DNA of 64,000 nucleotides from Escherichia coli (GTDB lineage Bacteria; Pseudomonadota; Gammaproteobacteria; Enterobacterales; Enterobacteriaceae): NCBI RefSeq assembly GCF_003790525.1, contig NZ_CP033635.1; one strand, 5' to 3'. Shown piece by piece: positions 52,499 to 64,000 of this stretch (position 1 is its first letter; each line of letters starts with the position of its first letter). The notes under the pieces were generated by a model. It saw only the letters and a program-made list of their open reading frames with translations, ran no database searches and was not told where the DNA came from. The position numbers and the translations under genes were made by a program.

Positions 52499-53490
52499 TG
52501 CGTATTCGCTACGGTTGGGAACTGGCTCTTGCCGCACTGCTCGTTATTGAGATTGTTGCATTTGGTGCAATTAACCCGCGGATGTTAGATCTCAATATGT
52601 TGCTGTTCAGCACCAGTGACTTTATCTGCATTGGCATTGTCGCCCTACCGCTGACGATGGTGATTGTCAGTGGTGGGATCGATATTTCGTTTGGTTCGAC
52701 CATCGGCCTCTGCGCCATTGCATTGGGCGTACTGTTTCAAAGTGGTGTGCCGATGCCGCTGGCGATTCTTCTGACCTTACTGCTCGGCGCATTGTGCGGG
52801 TTGATCAACGCCGGATTAATTATCTATACCAAAGTTAACCCGCTGGTGATTACGCTTGGCACGCTGTATCTGTTTGCCGGAAGCGCCCTGCTGCTTTCCG
52901 GGATGGCCGGAGCGACGGGGTACGAAGGTATTGGTGGATTCCCGATGGCGTTTACAGATTTCGCTAACCTGGATGTGCTGGGACTCCCCGTTCCGCTGAT
53001 TATCTTCCTGATATGTCTCCTCGTTTTCTGGCTCTGGCTGCATAAAACCCATGCCGGACGTAACGTGTTTTTAATTGGGCAAAGCCCGCGTGTGGCGGTT
53101 TATAGCGCGATTCCGGTAAACCGCACCTTGTGTGCGCTCTATGCCATGACGGGGCTGGCGTCTGCGGTCGCCGCTGTGCTGCTGGTATCGTATTTTGGTT
53201 CAGCACGTTCCGATCTCGGTGCGTCGTTTCTGATGCCCGCCATCACCGCCGTAGTGCTCGGCGGTGCCAATATTTATGGTGGTTCTGGTTCCATTATCGG
53301 CACCGCCATTGCGGTTTTATTAGTGGGATATTTGCAACAAGGTTTGCAAATGGCAGGAGTGCCAAATCAGGTGTCCAGCGCCCTTTCCGGTGCGCTACTT
53401 ATCGTCGTTGTCGTAGGTCGTTCCGTTAGCCTGCATCGCCAGCAAATTAAAGAGTGGCTGGCGCGTCGGGCCAATAACCCATTGCCATAA
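52498..53490 (+). CDS. lsrD: AI-2 ABC transporter permease LsrD
   Basis: 330-aa hydrophobic ORF, paralogous to lsrC. Confidence 0.95.
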
Positions 53491-53501
53491 AGGATATCTT
53501 C

Positions 53502-54524
53502 ATGACACTTCATCGCTTTAAGAAAATCGCCTTACTTAGCGCTCTTGGCATTGCCGCAATCTCTATGAATGTGCAGGCCGCAGAGCGTATTGCATTTATT
53601 CCCAAACTGGTTGGCGTGGGATTTTTTACCAGCGGTGGCAACGGCGCACAACAAGCGGGTAAAGAGCTGGGCGTTGATGTGACCTACGACGGGCCGACAG
53701 AACCCAGTGTTTCTGGTCAGGTACAGTTGATTAATAACTTCGTCAATCAGGGTTATAACGCCATTATCGTTTCTGCGGTTTCGCCTGATGGCTTGTGTCC
53801 GGCACTGAAACGCGCCATGCAACGTGGTGTGAGAGTGCTGACCTGGGACTCTGATACCAAACCGGAGTGCCGCTCTTACTACATTAATCAGGGAACGCCC
53901 GCCCAGTTGGGAGGTATGTTGGTGGATATGGCGGCGCGTCAGGTGAATAAAGACAAAGCCAAAGTCGCGTTTTTCTACTCAAGCCCCACCGTTACGGACC
54001 AAAACCAGTGGGTGAAAGAAGCGAAAGCGAAAATCGCCAAAGAGCATCCAGGCTGGGAAATTGTCACTACGCAGTTTGGCTATAACGATGCCACTAAATC
54101 GTTACAAACCGCAGAAGGAATATTAAAAGCCTATAGCGATCTCGACGCCATTATCGCCCCCGATGCCAATGCCCTGCCCGCTGCCGCACAAGCCGCAGAA
54201 AACCTGAAAAATGACAAAGTTGCGATTGTCGGATTCAGTACGCCAAATGTGATGCGTCCATATGTGGAACGCGGCACGGTGAAAGAATTTGGCCTGTGGG
54301 ATGTGGTTCAGCAAGGCAAAATATCAGTTTATGTCGCGGATGCATTATTGAAAAAAGGATCAATGAAAACGGGCGACAAGCTGGATATTCAGGGCGTAGG
54401 TCAGGTTGAAGTCTCGCCAAACAGCGTTCAGGGCTATGACTACGAAGCGGATGGTAATGGCATCGTACTGTTACCGGAGCGCGTGATATTCAACAAAGAG
54501 AATATCGGCAAATACGATTTCTGA
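53502..54524 (+). CDS. lsrB: Periplasmic AI-2-binding protein LsrB
   Basis: 340-aa ORF with signal peptide ([26 protein letters not shown]); periplasmic sugar-binding fold. Confidence 0.95.
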   Translation: MTLHRFKKIALLSALGIAAISMNVQAAERIAFIPKLVGVGFFTSGGNGAQQAGKELGVDVTYDGPTEPSVSGQVQLINNFVNQGYNAIIVSAVSPDGLCPALKRAMQRGVRVLTWDSDTKPECRSYYINQGTPAQLGGMLVDMAARQVNKDKAKVAFFYSSPTVTDQNQWVKEAKAKIAKEHPGWEIVTTQFGYNDATKSLQTAEGILKAYSDLDAIIAPDANALPAAAQAAENLKNDKVAIVGFSTPNVMRPYVERGTVKEFGLWDVVQQGKISVYVADALLKKGSMKTGDKLDIQGVGQVEVSPNSVQGYDYEADGNGIVLLPERVIFNKENIGKYDF

Positions 54525-54550
54525 TGTGCATTACTTAACCGGAGTACGTT

Positions 54551-55426
54551 ATGGCAGATTTAGACGATATTAAAGATGGTAAGGATTTTCGTACCGATCA
54601 ACCGCAACAAAATATCCCTTTTACCCTGAAAGGTTGCGGTGCACTGGATTGGGGAATGCAGTCACGCTTATCGCGGATATTTAATTCGAAAACGGGTAAA
54701 ACCGTGATGCTGGCTTTTGATCATGGTTATTTTCAGGGGCCGACTACCGGACTTGAACGCATTGATATAAGTATCGCCCCGCTGTTTGAACATGCCGATG
54801 TATTAATGTGTACGCGCGGCATTTTGCGCAGCGTAGTCCCCCCTGCGACCAATAAGCCGGTGGTACTGCGGGCGTCTGGTGCGAACTCTATTCTGGCGGA
54901 ATTAAGTAATGAAGCCGTGGCGTTATCGATGGATGACGCCGTGCGCCTGAACAGTTGCGCGGTGGCGGCGCAGGTTTATATCGGCAGCGAATATGAACAT
55001 CAGTCGATCAAAAATATTATTCAGCTGGTCGATGCCGGAATGAAAGTGGGAATGCCGACCATGGCCGTGACAGGCGTGGGCAAAGATATGGTGCGCGATC
55101 AGCGTTATTTCTCGCTCGCGACTCGAATCGCCGCTGAAATGGGGGCGCAAATTATCAAAACCTATTATGTCGATAAAGGTTTTGAACGGATTGTTGCCGG
55201 ATGTCCGGTACCCATTGTTATTGCTGGCGGTAAAAAATTACCGGAGCGCGAGGCGCTGGAAATGTGCTGGCAGGCTATCGATCAGGGCGCTTCTGGTGTG
55301 GATATGGGGCGTAATATTTTCCAGTCTGACCATCCGGTGGCGATGATGAAAGCCGTACAGGCGGTGGTTCACCATAACGAAACGGCTGATCGGGCATATG
55401 AACTCTATCTGAGTGAAAAACAGTAA
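54551..55426 (+). CDS. lsrF: 3-hydroxy-2,4-pentanedione-5-phosphate thiolase LsrF (aldolase fold)
   Basis: 291-aa [27 protein letters not shown]...; class I aldolase-like. Confidence 0.93.
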
Positions 55427-55449
55427 CTGCGGATTTAAGGAGAAGAATT

Positions 55450-55740
55450 ATGCACGTCACACTGGTTGAAATTAACGTTCATGAAGACAAGGTTGACGAG
55501 TTTATCGAAGTTTTTCGCCAGAACCACCTGGGCTCGGTACAGGAAGAAGGCAATTTGCGCTTCGATGTCTTACAGGACCCGGAAGTGAATTCGCGCTTTT
55601 ATATCTACGAAGCTTATAAAGATGAAGACGCAGTGGCGTTCCATAAAACCACGCCCCACTACAAAACCTGTGTCGCGAAACTGGAATCTTTAATGACCGG
55701 GCCGCGTAAAAAACGTCTGTTCAATGGGTTGATGCCGTGA
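55450..55740 (+). CDS. lsrG: Phospho-AI-2 isomerase LsrG
   Basis: 96-aa [32 protein letters not shown]...; ABM-domain (antibiotic biosynthesis monooxygenase-like). Confidence 0.93.
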   Translation: MHVTLVEINVHEDKVDEFIEVFRQNHLGSVQEEGNLRFDVLQDPEVNSRFYIYEAYKDEDAVAFHKTTPHYKTCVAKLESLMTGPRKKRLFNGLMP

Positions 55741-55796
55741 GGCGAATTTATCAATTTTATCTACAATTGGGGTAACGCGCTGACGGGAGTAAAAAA

Positions 55797-56555
55797 ATGT
55801 CTGACTGGAACCCCTCTTTATATCTGCACTTTGCCGCTGAACGATCGCGTCCGGCGGTGGAGCTGCTTGCCAGAGTGCCGCTGGAGAATATCAAATACGT
55901 TGCCGATCTTGGCTGTGGCCCAGGTAACAGCACCGCCCTGCTGCATCAACGTTGGCCTGCGGCCAGGATAACAGGCGTCGACTCATCTCCGGCGATGATT
56001 GCTGAAGCGCGCAGTGCTTTGCCAGACTGCCAGTTCGTGGAAGCAGACATCCGCAACTGGCAACCGGAACAGGCACTCGATCTGATTTTTGCTAATGCCT
56101 CACTGCAATGGCTGCCCGACCACTACGAATTGTTCCCTCATCTGGTTTCTTTACTTAATTCGCATGGTGTGTTGGCAGTACAGATGCCAGATAACTGGCT
56201 AGAGCCAACCCATGTGCTCATGCGCGAAGTCGCCTGGGAACAAAATTATCCGGATCGCGGGCGTGAGCCGCTGGCTGGCGTTCATGCTTACTACGATATT
56301 TTGAGCGAAGCCGGATGTGAGGTCGATATCTGGCGAACCACTTACTATCACCAGATGCCGTCGCACCAGGCGATTATCGATTGGGTGACCGCCACTGGAT
56401 TACGTCCGTGGTTACAGGATCTGACCGAGAGCGAACAGCAGCATTTTCTTACGCGCTACCATCAGATGCTGGAAGAGCAGTATCCACTGCAAGAGAACGG
56501 AGAGATACTGCTGGCATTTCCGCGTCTGTTTATTGTTGCCCGCCGTACGGAGTAA
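55797..56555 (+). CDS. tam: Trans-aconitate 2-methyltransferase
   Basis: 252-aa ORF; SAM-binding motif [10 protein letters not shown]. Confidence 0.93.
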
Positions 56556-56558
56556 TTA

Positions 56559-57473
56559 TCACGTCAGCTGGTAATGGCGATCGGGAAGAATTTTCGCTGG
56601 AATTTCTGCTTCATCGTTCATCTGTAACAGGTCAATTTCAATAGCGTTGCAGATGGCATCCAGCGGTAAATCATTGTTTTCAGTACCGAAGGGATCTTCC
56701 AGTTCTTCCGCCAGACAATCCAGCGAAATAAAAGTGTAGGAAATCAGCACAGAGATAAAAGGCGTCATGTAATGCAGGTCCACGACCAGCGCAAACGGCA
56801 GCATGATACAAAACAGATACACGGTGCGATGCAAAATCAGGGTGTAGGCAAAGGGAATTGGCGTATAGGCAATGCGCTCGCATCCTGCCAGGACCGCTGA
56901 AATATCATTAAGCCGATCGTTGAGGCTAATAAACAGGATATCTGAAAGTTGTCCATTGCGTCGCTGAACCGCCAACCACTCCCCCATTATTAACAAGATG
57001 CGGTTAGCTGGAGAGTTCGAAGCCAGTACACGCTGAAGATCTTCAGTCTTGAGATAATGAGCCAGCACTTCCGCCTGTGGCTGTTTGCGTAATGTCATGC
57101 GTAAACAGTGGGCGAAGGCGATTTGCAGCCGGGCAAACTCCCTTACACTTGCCGAATCCGGTAATGTCGTTTTTACCTCGCGCAGTAACGACCGCGAGGC
57201 AATCATCAACTGCCCCCAAAGTTTTCGCGCTTCAACGTAACGCGCGTACCCGGCATTATTACGAAAACCAAGAAAAATGGCGATGGCGACACCGAGAATG
57301 CTGAACGGTGCGAGGGTGAATTTAATGCCCAAATGCGTGTACCTGGGCAGCATGAAAATAACAGCGATCGAAAAGAGAAAATTGAGTAGTAAGCGCGAGG
57401 ATATCTTGGATAATACTGAACCGTGCCAGACAAAAATACGGCGCAGCCAGTGTTGTTGTGGACGAACAATCAT
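56559..57473 (-). CDS. yneE: Bestrophin-family membrane protein YneE
   Basis: ORF 56559..57524 trimmed to ATG at 57471-57473 giving MIVRPQQHWLRRIFVWHGSVLSKI (304 aa); multiple transmembrane segments. Confidence 0.85.
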   Translation of the reverse strand: MIVRPQQHWLRRIFVWHGSVLSKISSRLLLNFLFSIAVIFMLPRYTHLGIKFTLAPFSILGVAIAIFLGFRNNAGYARYVEARKLWGQLMIASRSLLREVKTTLPDSASVREFARLQIAFAHCLRMTLRKQPQAEVLAHYLKTEDLQRVLASNSPANRILLIMGEWLAVQRRNGQLSDILFISLNDRLNDISAVLAGCERIAYTPIPFAYTLILHRTVYLFCIMLPFALVVDLHYMTPFISVLISYTFISLDCLAEELEDPFGTENNDLPLDAICNAIEIDLLQMNDEAEIPAKILPDRHYQLT

Positions 57474-57629
57474 GGTTATCTTCAGGCGTGGAAAAGTCGC
57501 CCTATTAAACGTGATTACGATCACATTCTCAAGACACTACTTACAAATTACCTACAAGCTTACAACATTTACAGGTGTGGCATATGGCACCCGTTAATGA
57601 TAAAGGCACATAGGATGTTGTAACTAATA

Positions 57630-57662
57630 TAGTGAAATAAGAAACCCGGTCGAAACCGGGTT
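57630..57662 (-). terminator. Intrinsic terminator downstream of uxaB
   Basis: Stem aacccggt / accgggtt (57643..57662) with tetraloop cgaa; minus-strand U-tract from the complement of agtgaaataaga; 8 bp past the uxaB stop. Confidence 0.7.
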
Positions 57663-57669
57663 CAGAGTA

Positions 57670-59121
57670 TTAGCACAACGGACGTACAGCTTCGCGCATT
57701 CCTTTTTCGAGAATCGCATCCAGGTCATTAGCCACCTGCTCGACCAGACCAGGCACTTGCGTCAGGTCCTGCTCCCAGTGGTCTTTTTCAGCCAACACAA
57801 TAGCAACCAGTTCCTGGGTGCCGATAACACGGTCACGATGCTGGCTCCAGAGTTGCTGATAACGTTCCAGCCAGTGGGCATCGTCCTGTACCGGATATGT
57901 TTCTCCATTACGCTCACCGCGATAGAACGCAATCAATGCTGCTAATGCGAAAGTAAGGCGCGCCGGAAGTGTGCCGTTTGCCTTCTGCCCTGCCAGCAGC
58001 TGCGGCAGGATACGGGTGCGGAACTTGGTCATACCGTTAAGCGCGATAGACAGCAGCTGATGCTTAATGTACGGATTACGGAAACGTCCGGTGACTGCAC
58101 TGGCGAAAGATTCCAGTTCATCACGAGGCAAATCCAGTACCGGAATAATCTCTTCGTAGATGGCTTTTTCAACGAATGCACAAATTTCAGCATCGTTCAT
58201 CGCTTCACCTACGGTATCCAGCCCTGCCTGGAACGCCACCGGCACCAGCGCGGTGTGCGCACCGTTGAGTATTGCCACTTTGCGTTCTTTATACGGTTTA
58301 ATATCGTCAACAATCAGCACGTTGAGCGGATATTTGTCCAGACGCAGTTCAGTCGCTAAGGATTTCGGCCCCTGAATCACAAACAGGTAAAAGTGTTCAG
58401 CGGTGTCGAGGAAACCATCGTGATAACCCAGTTCTTCTTCCAGTTTAGCCACTTCATCACGCGGATAGCCGGTAACGATACGGTCCACCAGCGTAGAACA
58501 GAAGCTGTTAGCCTGATCCAGCCATTGAATAAATGCTTCTGGCAGTGCCCACTCTTGCGCATAGCGCAGCACCAGTTCACGCAACGCGTCGCCATTGTAG
58601 TCGATCAACTCACACGGGATGATGATCCAACCTTTATCCAGCGCACCGTTGAAATGGCTAAAACGTTCGAACAGCAGACGGGTCAGTTTTGCCGGATAAC
58701 TTACCGCTGGCGCGTCATCGAATTTATCGCCCGCATGGTAGCTGATACCCGCTTCGGTGGTGTTAGAGAAAACAAAGCGCATTTCCGGGTTGTGCGCCAG
58801 TTTCAGGAATTCATCGTATTCACTGTAGACGCTGATTTCACGATTAACAGAGCGAATCAGACGCGCGTCGCTGACCGCTTCCCCCTTCTCGTTCAGACCA
58901 CGGATAATGGTGGTGTACAGACCGTCCTGCGTGCTCAGTGACGGCGGGAATGAAGTTTCAATCGGACGAACAACGACCACGCCAGAATTCAGATCGGTGT
59001 GCTCATTCAGGAGATCGATTTGCCAGTCAACAAAGGCGCGCAGGAAGTTACCTTCACCAAACTGAATGATACGTTCTGGATACTGTGCACCGGGAAAATC
59101 GCGACGATTTAGTGTTTTCAC
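57670..59121 (-). CDS. uxaB: Altronate oxidoreductase (tagaturonate reductase)
   Basis: 483-aa [37 protein letters not shown]...; mannitol dehydrogenase family. Confidence 0.95.
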   Translation of the reverse strand: MKTLNRRDFPGAQYPERIIQFGEGNFLRAFVDWQIDLLNEHTDLNSGVVVVRPIETSFPPSLSTQDGLYTTIIRGLNEKGEAVSDARLIRSVNREISVYSEYDEFLKLAHNPEMRFVFSNTTEAGISYHAGDKFDDAPAVSYPAKLTRLLFERFSHFNGALDKGWIIIPCELIDYNGDALRELVLRYAQEWALPEAFIQWLDQANSFCSTLVDRIVTGYPRDEVAKLEEELGYHDGFLDTAEHFYLFVIQGPKSLATELRLDKYPLNVLIVDDIKPYKERKVAILNGAHTALVPVAFQAGLDTVGEAMNDAEICAFVEKAIYEEIIPVLDLPRDELESFASAVTGRFRNPYIKHQLLSIALNGMTKFRTRILPQLLAGQKANGTLPARLTFALAALIAFYRGERNGETYPVQDDAHWLERYQQLWSQHRDRVIGTQELVAIVLAEKDHWEQDLTQVPGLVEQVANDLDAILEKGMREAVRPLC

Positions 59122-59348
59122 AATGGGTTCCCTTCTGATTAGTCATACAACCTGTTTGAATTGGTACGACAGGTTAGCAAACTTTAATACGCCGAACCCC
59201 TGTTTTGATCAACTCCTGATGATTAATGAGCAGTTTTATGAGAAAAGTGTGGCGCGGATCATGGTTTAATCGAGGAACTACGCCTTTTATTCGCTCAATA
59301 AAGTGGTAGAACACATTCCATTTAAATCGCTGTGAATGAATAAAGATG

Positions 59349-60767
59349 TCAGACAACTTCCTCACCGTAACGCATAGTGCTGGTACGGTTGCGCCCATCT
59401 TTCTTCGAGCGATACAGACATGTATCGGCTTCGACCATCAATTTATTAAAGTCATCGGTCAGCGTTCGGTACGATGCGCAACCACTACCGACGCCAATAC
59501 TTACCGTGAGATAAAGCGTTTTTTGTTGCCAGGTGAACGGTTGCAGTTCAACGCCTTTACGGATTTTTTCCGCCATTAGCAGACCATCTACAGGATTCAC
59601 CGATGGCACTGCAACAGCAAATTCCTCGCCGCCCATTCGCGCCACCAGCCCCTTATCACCGACAATCTTCTGAATATGCTGGGCAAACACGCTTAACACT
59701 TTATCGCCACATTCATGTCCATAGTTATCGTTAATGCTTTTGAAATAGTCGATATCAAGCAGCATGACAGTCAGATGTTGTGTCTGTTTCAGCGATGGAC
59801 TTTTCAGCGCCTCATAAAGACCGGACCGTGAGTAAACCTGAGTCAGAAAATCAAAGTCGGCTCGCAGCGCAACTTGCTTCATTAGCGAATTGATCGCTGC
59901 CACGCTAAAAGAAACCATAATTGGGCATATCGCCATCGTGGCAATACCGAGACGTGCGGAGAACATTTCTGGAATGGAGAATGGCGAACCGACCGAGATA
60001 TCAATCACCGAATTTGCCACCAGTACGATTTCCACCGCACCGGTGACAAAGGTCAACAGACATGTTACCTGCGGCGTATAGCGCACTGCACACCAGATTA
60101 ATGCAGGGAGCGGAAACGCCAGACTCCCCGCTCCGCCAATGACTACCGAGGCAATAACCGACACAATAAGCGCGATAGCAGGCATCATCTGCTCTGCTTT
60201 AAAGCGCGGCAGTACTCCAGGAATTGCCAACGTCAGCATACAAGGCACGATCAACACGCCCGTTGAGAATTGCTCACTGAACCAGTCGGCAAGCAAAGGC
60301 CAGAAATCCAGACTATCAATACTGACCGAACCAATCGCCCCGACAATAGCGCATAATAATGCGGCAATCAGACAGTAATTAAATAGCCGTAAGGCACTTA
60401 CTGGCTCATACTTATTTTTCCCCAGACGCTTATCCCGCGCGACCAGTAAGGCGACGGTAACAATAAACATCATATTGGAGAAATTGATAGCCAGTGAAAC
60501 CAGCCCCCATTCGGTGGTTATGGCATCATAAACCAGCATCGCCACATAACTGATCGCATAGTAATGCAGTCGATTAAGCCAGACATAGCGGGCAAACACC
60601 CCCGCCATTACGCCATTCAGCGGCCAGAAAAGAGAAAGTTCGTGAACCAGCCGTAACTCTGCACCAATAAAATAGAACAGCGTGGTTAGCACAAAAATAG
60701 CGATGCTATTACGTAGCAGATGACCTTCCTGGAACAAACGGAAAGTTGAAATGGGCTGTACATGCAT
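59349..60767 (-). CDS. yneF: Membrane-anchored diguanylate cyclase YneF (DgcF)
   Basis: 472-codon ORF: about 300 aa polytopic membrane domain followed by a GGDEF domain with RMGGEEF active-site motif. Start codon uncertain; my recollection of a shorter K-12 annotation does not line up with any internal ATG here. Confidence 0.8.
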   Translation of the reverse strand: MHVQPISTFRLFQEGHLLRNSIAIFVLTTLFYFIGAELRLVHELSLFWPLNGVMAGVFARYVWLNRLHYYAISYVAMLVYDAITTEWGLVSLAINFSNMMFIVTVALLVARDKRLGKNKYEPVSALRLFNYCLIAALLCAIVGAIGSVSIDSLDFWPLLADWFSEQFSTGVLIVPCMLTLAIPGVLPRFKAEQMMPAIALIVSVIASVVIGGAGSLAFPLPALIWCAVRYTPQVTCLLTFVTGAVEIVLVANSVIDISVGSPFSIPEMFSARLGIATMAICPIMVSFSVAAINSLMKQVALRADFDFLTQVYSRSGLYEALKSPSLKQTQHLTVMLLDIDYFKSINDNYGHECGDKVLSVFAQHIQKIVGDKGLVARMGGEEFAVAVPSVNPVDGLLMAEKIRKGVELQPFTWQQKTLYLTVSIGVGSGCASYRTLTDDFNKLMVEADTCLYRSKKDGRNRTSTMRYGEEVV

Positions 60768-60905
60768 TAATTATCTGTCCATACAATTGCGGGTGGCAAT
60801 TATCTCAACGCAATAAGTAAATTCTTAGAAAGGATAGCATGTTCGCTGACAACGGCGGCAACTAAAGATACCTAATGAATGCCATTTTATCGATTTCCGT
60901 AATTA

Positions 60906-61265
60906 TCATGGCTGATTCATCTGTATAACCAACCAGTGATAGATTACCGCCACGATATAACGTTGTTGTTCTTCGCTTAACGAAACACCCTGCGGAATGT
61001 TATGCCACTTAGCCAGACAACCGCGACAACAGGTTGCAGTGGCGTGCTGAGCGATAAACACCGGATGCCCGCGCATGGGGGTTTGCTTACCGTCATTAGC
61101 CGGTAATGCCGGAGCAAGACGTTTAGCGACAAAATCTGCCGCATGTTGTTCAATGACTGGCGCGCCTTTCTCCAGACAATACTGACGCTCTTTCACACCC
61201 AAACGAAAGCGAGAGCGAAATTTTGAACGGGATAAACGCGCGAAGAGTGGATCGAGAGACTGCAT
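60906..61265 (-). CDS. yneG: DUF4186-family protein YneG
   Basis: 119-aa ORF with Cys-rich segment (HATATCCRGCLAKWH); 1-nt overlap with the glsB stop, suggesting co-transcription. Confidence 0.88.
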   Translation of the reverse strand: MQSLDPLFARLSRSKFRSRFRLGVKERQYCLEKGAPVIEQHAADFVAKRLAPALPANDGKQTPMRGHPVFIAQHATATCCRGCLAKWHNIPQGVSLSEEQQRYIVAVIYHWLVIQMNQP

Positions 61266-62191
61266 TAATAAACTGAACGCCCTAATTGTTTCGTCAATTG
61301 TTCAAGGACAGCAATGCCCGCAAGCGAGTTACCGGCATCATCCAGTTCCGGGCTCCAGACTGCGATGGCCATTTCATGCGGAACAATCGCCACAATACCG
61401 CCACCAACGCCAGATTTTGCCGGTAGTCCCACCCGCCAGGCAAACTCCCCCGCGTTCTGGTACATACCACTGGTCGCCATCAGCGCGTTAATTTGCCGCG
61501 CCTGCATTGGCGTCACCACAGGTTCATCAATATGAATAGCTTTCCCCTGATTAGCCAGAAAGACAAATGTCCGGGCCAGCTCTACGCAGCTCATTTTCAA
61601 GGCGCAATAGTGGAAATAGTTTTGCAGAACGGTTGTCACATCATGATGGAAATTGCCAAACGACTTCATCAGCCAGGCGATAGCCGCATTTCGCGCGGAA
61701 TGTTCAAATTCGGAACGCGCTACCACCGTATCGTAGGAAATATCAGACACACCACTTAAGCCGCGCACGACTTCCAGCATACGTTGCCGAGGTGCGCTTA
61801 ATCGCCCTTGCAACATATCGCAGACCACCAGCGCACCGGCATTAATAAACGGATTACGCGGAATACCCTGCTCCATTTCCAGTTGCACTAAAGAATTGAA
61901 CGGTGATCCAGACGGATCTTTGCCGACGCGTTGCCAGATTTCCTCTTCGGAGTAATGACGCATGGCGACAACGAGACTCAGCACTTTGGAAATAGACTGA
62001 ATGGAAAAACGTTCTTGCGCGTCTCCGGCCTGAAAAAGCTGTCCGTCAACGGTACAGATAGCAATCCCCAATCGGGAACCGTCTACCGTAGCCAGCGCCG
62101 GAATATAATCCGCGACTTTACCCTGACCAATGAGCGGCCGCACTTGCCGCAAGATGTTTTCTAAAATTGCATTATCCATGGCGACTGCCAC
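61265..62191 (-). CDS. glsB: Glutaminase 2
   Basis: 308-aa [37 protein letters not shown]...; serine-dependent glutaminase family. Confidence 0.93.
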   Translation of the reverse strand: MAVAMDNAILENILRQVRPLIGQGKVADYIPALATVDGSRLGIAICTVDGQLFQAGDAQERFSIQSISKVLSLVVAMRHYSEEEIWQRVGKDPSGSPFNSLVQLEMEQGIPRNPFINAGALVVCDMLQGRLSAPRQRMLEVVRGLSGVSDISYDTVVARSEFEHSARNAAIAWLMKSFGNFHHDVTTVLQNYFHYCALKMSCVELARTFVFLANQGKAIHIDEPVVTPMQARQINALMATSGMYQNAGEFAWRVGLPAKSGVGGGIVAIVPHEMAIAVWSPELDDAGNSLAGIAVLEQLTKQLGRSVY

Positions 62192-62254
62192 TTTCTACTC
62201 CTGGACCGCAGGTCTGAAAAGACCTGCGAGTATATCAGAGCTGAATATATAGCG

Positions 62255-63643
62255 TCAGACCCGGTCTTTCCACACCGTCTGGATATTACAGAATTCGTGT
62301 AAGCCAAAATGGGAAAGCTCACGACCAAAGCCACTCTTCTTCACACCACCAAAGGCGACTCGCGCGTCGCTGGCACAGTAACCATTGATAAACACCCCAC
62401 CGCATTCCAGACGTGCCGCCATCTGTCTGGCCCGGGTTTCGTCGGTGGTGAAAATGGTCGCTGAAAGGCCGAACTCGCTATTATTAGCCAGTTCCAGTGC
62501 ATGTTCTGCATCTTTCGCAATGGTGATTGCCGCAACGGGGCCAAACATTTCTTCCCGAAACGCGGTCATTTCTGGGGTAACATTCGCCAGAACCGTTGGC
62601 GGATAGTAGTTACCTGCCCCAGCCATCTTTTCCCCGCCCAGTAACAAACGCGCACCCTGCGCCAGGGTTTTCTCCACCTGATGATGCAGCTCATCACGTA
62701 AATCAAAACGAGCCATTGGTCCGAGAGTGTTCTCTTCGTCACGGGGATCGCCCATTTTCAAGGCTGCCGCAGCTGCCACAAAACGTTCGGTAAATGCCGA
62801 AGCAATTCCCTCTTCGATGATAAAGCGTTTTGCCGCTGCACAAACCTGTCCGGTATTCTGATAACGTCCGGCTACCGCCGCTTTAACCGCCAGTTCCAGA
62901 TCGGCATCGTTAAGCACAATAAATGGATCCGAACCGCCCAGTTCCAGTACGCATTTTTTCAGTGCCGCTCCAGCCTGTGCGCCAATAGCCGCTCCCGCAC
63001 GAACACTTCCGGTCACCGTGACAGCAGCAATGCGCGAGTCTTTAATCATCTGACTGACGCCGTCGTTGTCGGCATTCAGCCAGCCATATACGCCTTGTGG
63101 GATACCCGCATCTTTAAACACCTGGGCAATGAGCTGTGCACAGCCCATCACATTCGGCGCATGTTTAAGTAAGTAGCCGTTACCTGCAAGAATGATGGGA
63201 ACCGCGCCACGCATCACCTGCCATAACGGAAAATTCCACGGCATAATCGCCAGAATTGTCCCCAACGGTCGATACTCAATAACTGCCTGCTGATTTTCCA
63301 CCAGCGTAGGTTCCGCCTTCAGCATTGCCGGACCATGTTCTGCATACCAGTCACACAAATTCGCCGATTTCGCCACTTCAGCGCGCGCCTGGTTGATTGG
63401 TTTGCCCATTTCACGGGTGATCATTTGCGCCATTTCTTCGCTACGGACACGCAGAGCCTTACCGATATCACGCAGTTTTTCAGCACGATAATCTATATTT
63501 GTCTCGCGCCAGTCGCGAAAGCCTGCTGCCGCCAGCTGAAGTGCGTTTTCGATATCATCAGCGCCAGCCCACGGCAGCACAGAAAGTTGTTCACCGGTGG
63601 CAGGATTTATCGAAATTGCATGAGTTGCCGGAGTAATGGTCAT
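62255..63643 (-). CDS. sad: NAD(P)+-dependent succinate-semialdehyde dehydrogenase
   Basis: 462-aa ORF; aldehyde dehydrogenase family with catalytic Cys (GQVCAAAKR) and Glu (LELGGSDP) motifs. Confidence 0.93.
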   Translation of the reverse strand: MTITPATHAISINPATGEQLSVLPWAGADDIENALQLAAAGFRDWRETNIDYRAEKLRDIGKALRVRSEEMAQMITREMGKPINQARAEVAKSANLCDWYAEHGPAMLKAEPTLVENQQAVIEYRPLGTILAIMPWNFPLWQVMRGAVPIILAGNGYLLKHAPNVMGCAQLIAQVFKDAGIPQGVYGWLNADNDGVSQMIKDSRIAAVTVTGSVRAGAAIGAQAGAALKKCVLELGGSDPFIVLNDADLELAVKAAVAGRYQNTGQVCAAAKRFIIEEGIASAFTERFVAAAAALKMGDPRDEENTLGPMARFDLRDELHHQVEKTLAQGARLLLGGEKMAGAGNYYPPTVLANVTPEMTAFREEMFGPVAAITIAKDAEHALELANNSEFGLSATIFTTDETRARQMAARLECGGVFINGYCASDARVAFGGVKKSGFGRELSHFGLHEFCNIQTVWKDRV

Positions 63644-63743
63644 CGGGGTATCTCCTTTATGGGTTATGGTAAAAAGATACGCAGATTTACTCTTGCTTGA
63701 AAATGAATAATATTAAGTCACTTATTCACGAATTGAGAATGCC

Positions 63744-64000
63744 ATGGATCTGACCCAACTGGAGATGTTCAACGCGGTTGCCGAAGCTGGCAGCATTACC
63801 CAGGCTGCAGCAAAAGTGCATCGCGTGCCGTCGAATCTCACTACCCGTCTACGCCAGCTGGAAACAGAACTGGGGATTGATCTGTTTATTCGCGAGAATC
63901 AGCGTTTACGTCTCTCACCTGCCGGGCATAACTTTTTACGCTATAGCCAACAAATTCTCGCGTTAGTGGATGAAGCGCGGAGCGTTGTCGCTGGCGATGA
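63744..64000 (+). CDS. yneJ: LysR-family transcriptional regulator, 5' end only (runs off the window)
   Basis: ATG at 63744 opens [57 protein letters not shown]..., a LysR-type N-terminal HTH; divergent from sad; not in the ORF track because no stop falls inside the window. Confidence 0.8.
   Translation, partial: MDLTQLEMFNAVAEAGSITQAAAKVHRVPSNLTTRLRQLETELGIDLFIRENQRLRLSPAGHNFLRYSQQILALVDEARSVVAGD

Noticed and set aside
58393-58941. 182-aa plus-strand ORF antisense to uxaB
   Set aside because: Shadow ORF within uxaB.
59122-59348. Possible ExuR/UxuR operator upstream of uxaB (ttgAATTGGTAcgacaggtt)
   Set aside because: Only one recognisable half-site and I cannot recall the operator consensus precisely enough to call it.
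1-64000. Mobile elements, CRISPR arrays, tRNA/rRNA genes, phage or defence-system genes
   Set aside because: No transposase or integrase-like ORFs, no direct-repeat/spacer arrays, and no tRNA-like or rRNA-like sequence recognised. The window is housekeeping and acid-stress chromosome with three locally rearranged loci rather than an inserted island.

Overview
This window reads as an ordinary Escherichia coli chromosomal segment, collinear with the K-12 region adhP to yneJ (about 34-35 min). That identification rests on recognising the translated ORFs from memory, not on a database search. Almost everything is on the minus strand; the lsrACDBFG-tam block, osmC and yneJ are on the plus strand. 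Gene content in order: adhP, maeA, sra, bdm, osmC, ddpXABCDF, dosCP, yddW, gadBC, pqqL-yddB-yddA, ydeM-ydeN, ydeO-safA, ydeP, a six-gene fimbrial operon, a yneL remnant, a large autotransporter, lsrRK and lsrACDBFG, tam, yneE, uxaB, yneF, yneG, glsB, sad and the start of yneJ. I found no rRNA, tRNA, CRISPR array, IS element, integrase or prophage gene, and no convincing new multi-gene system. Three things differ from what I recall of K-12, all between about 34.1 and 46.5 kb: (1) the ydeQRST fimbrial operon is intact, with a full-length usher, a chaperone and a major subunit; (2) hipBA is absent between the yneL remnant and the autotransporter, but two perfect HipB-operator-type palindromes remain; (3) the autotransporter has an uninterrupted 1626-codon passenger ORF but its beta-barrel is broken by a frame change. 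Start codons were trimmed from the six-frame ORFs where the known protein N-terminus was recognisable. Regulatory sites and terminators were called by eye from motifs and inverted repeats and carry lower confidence.
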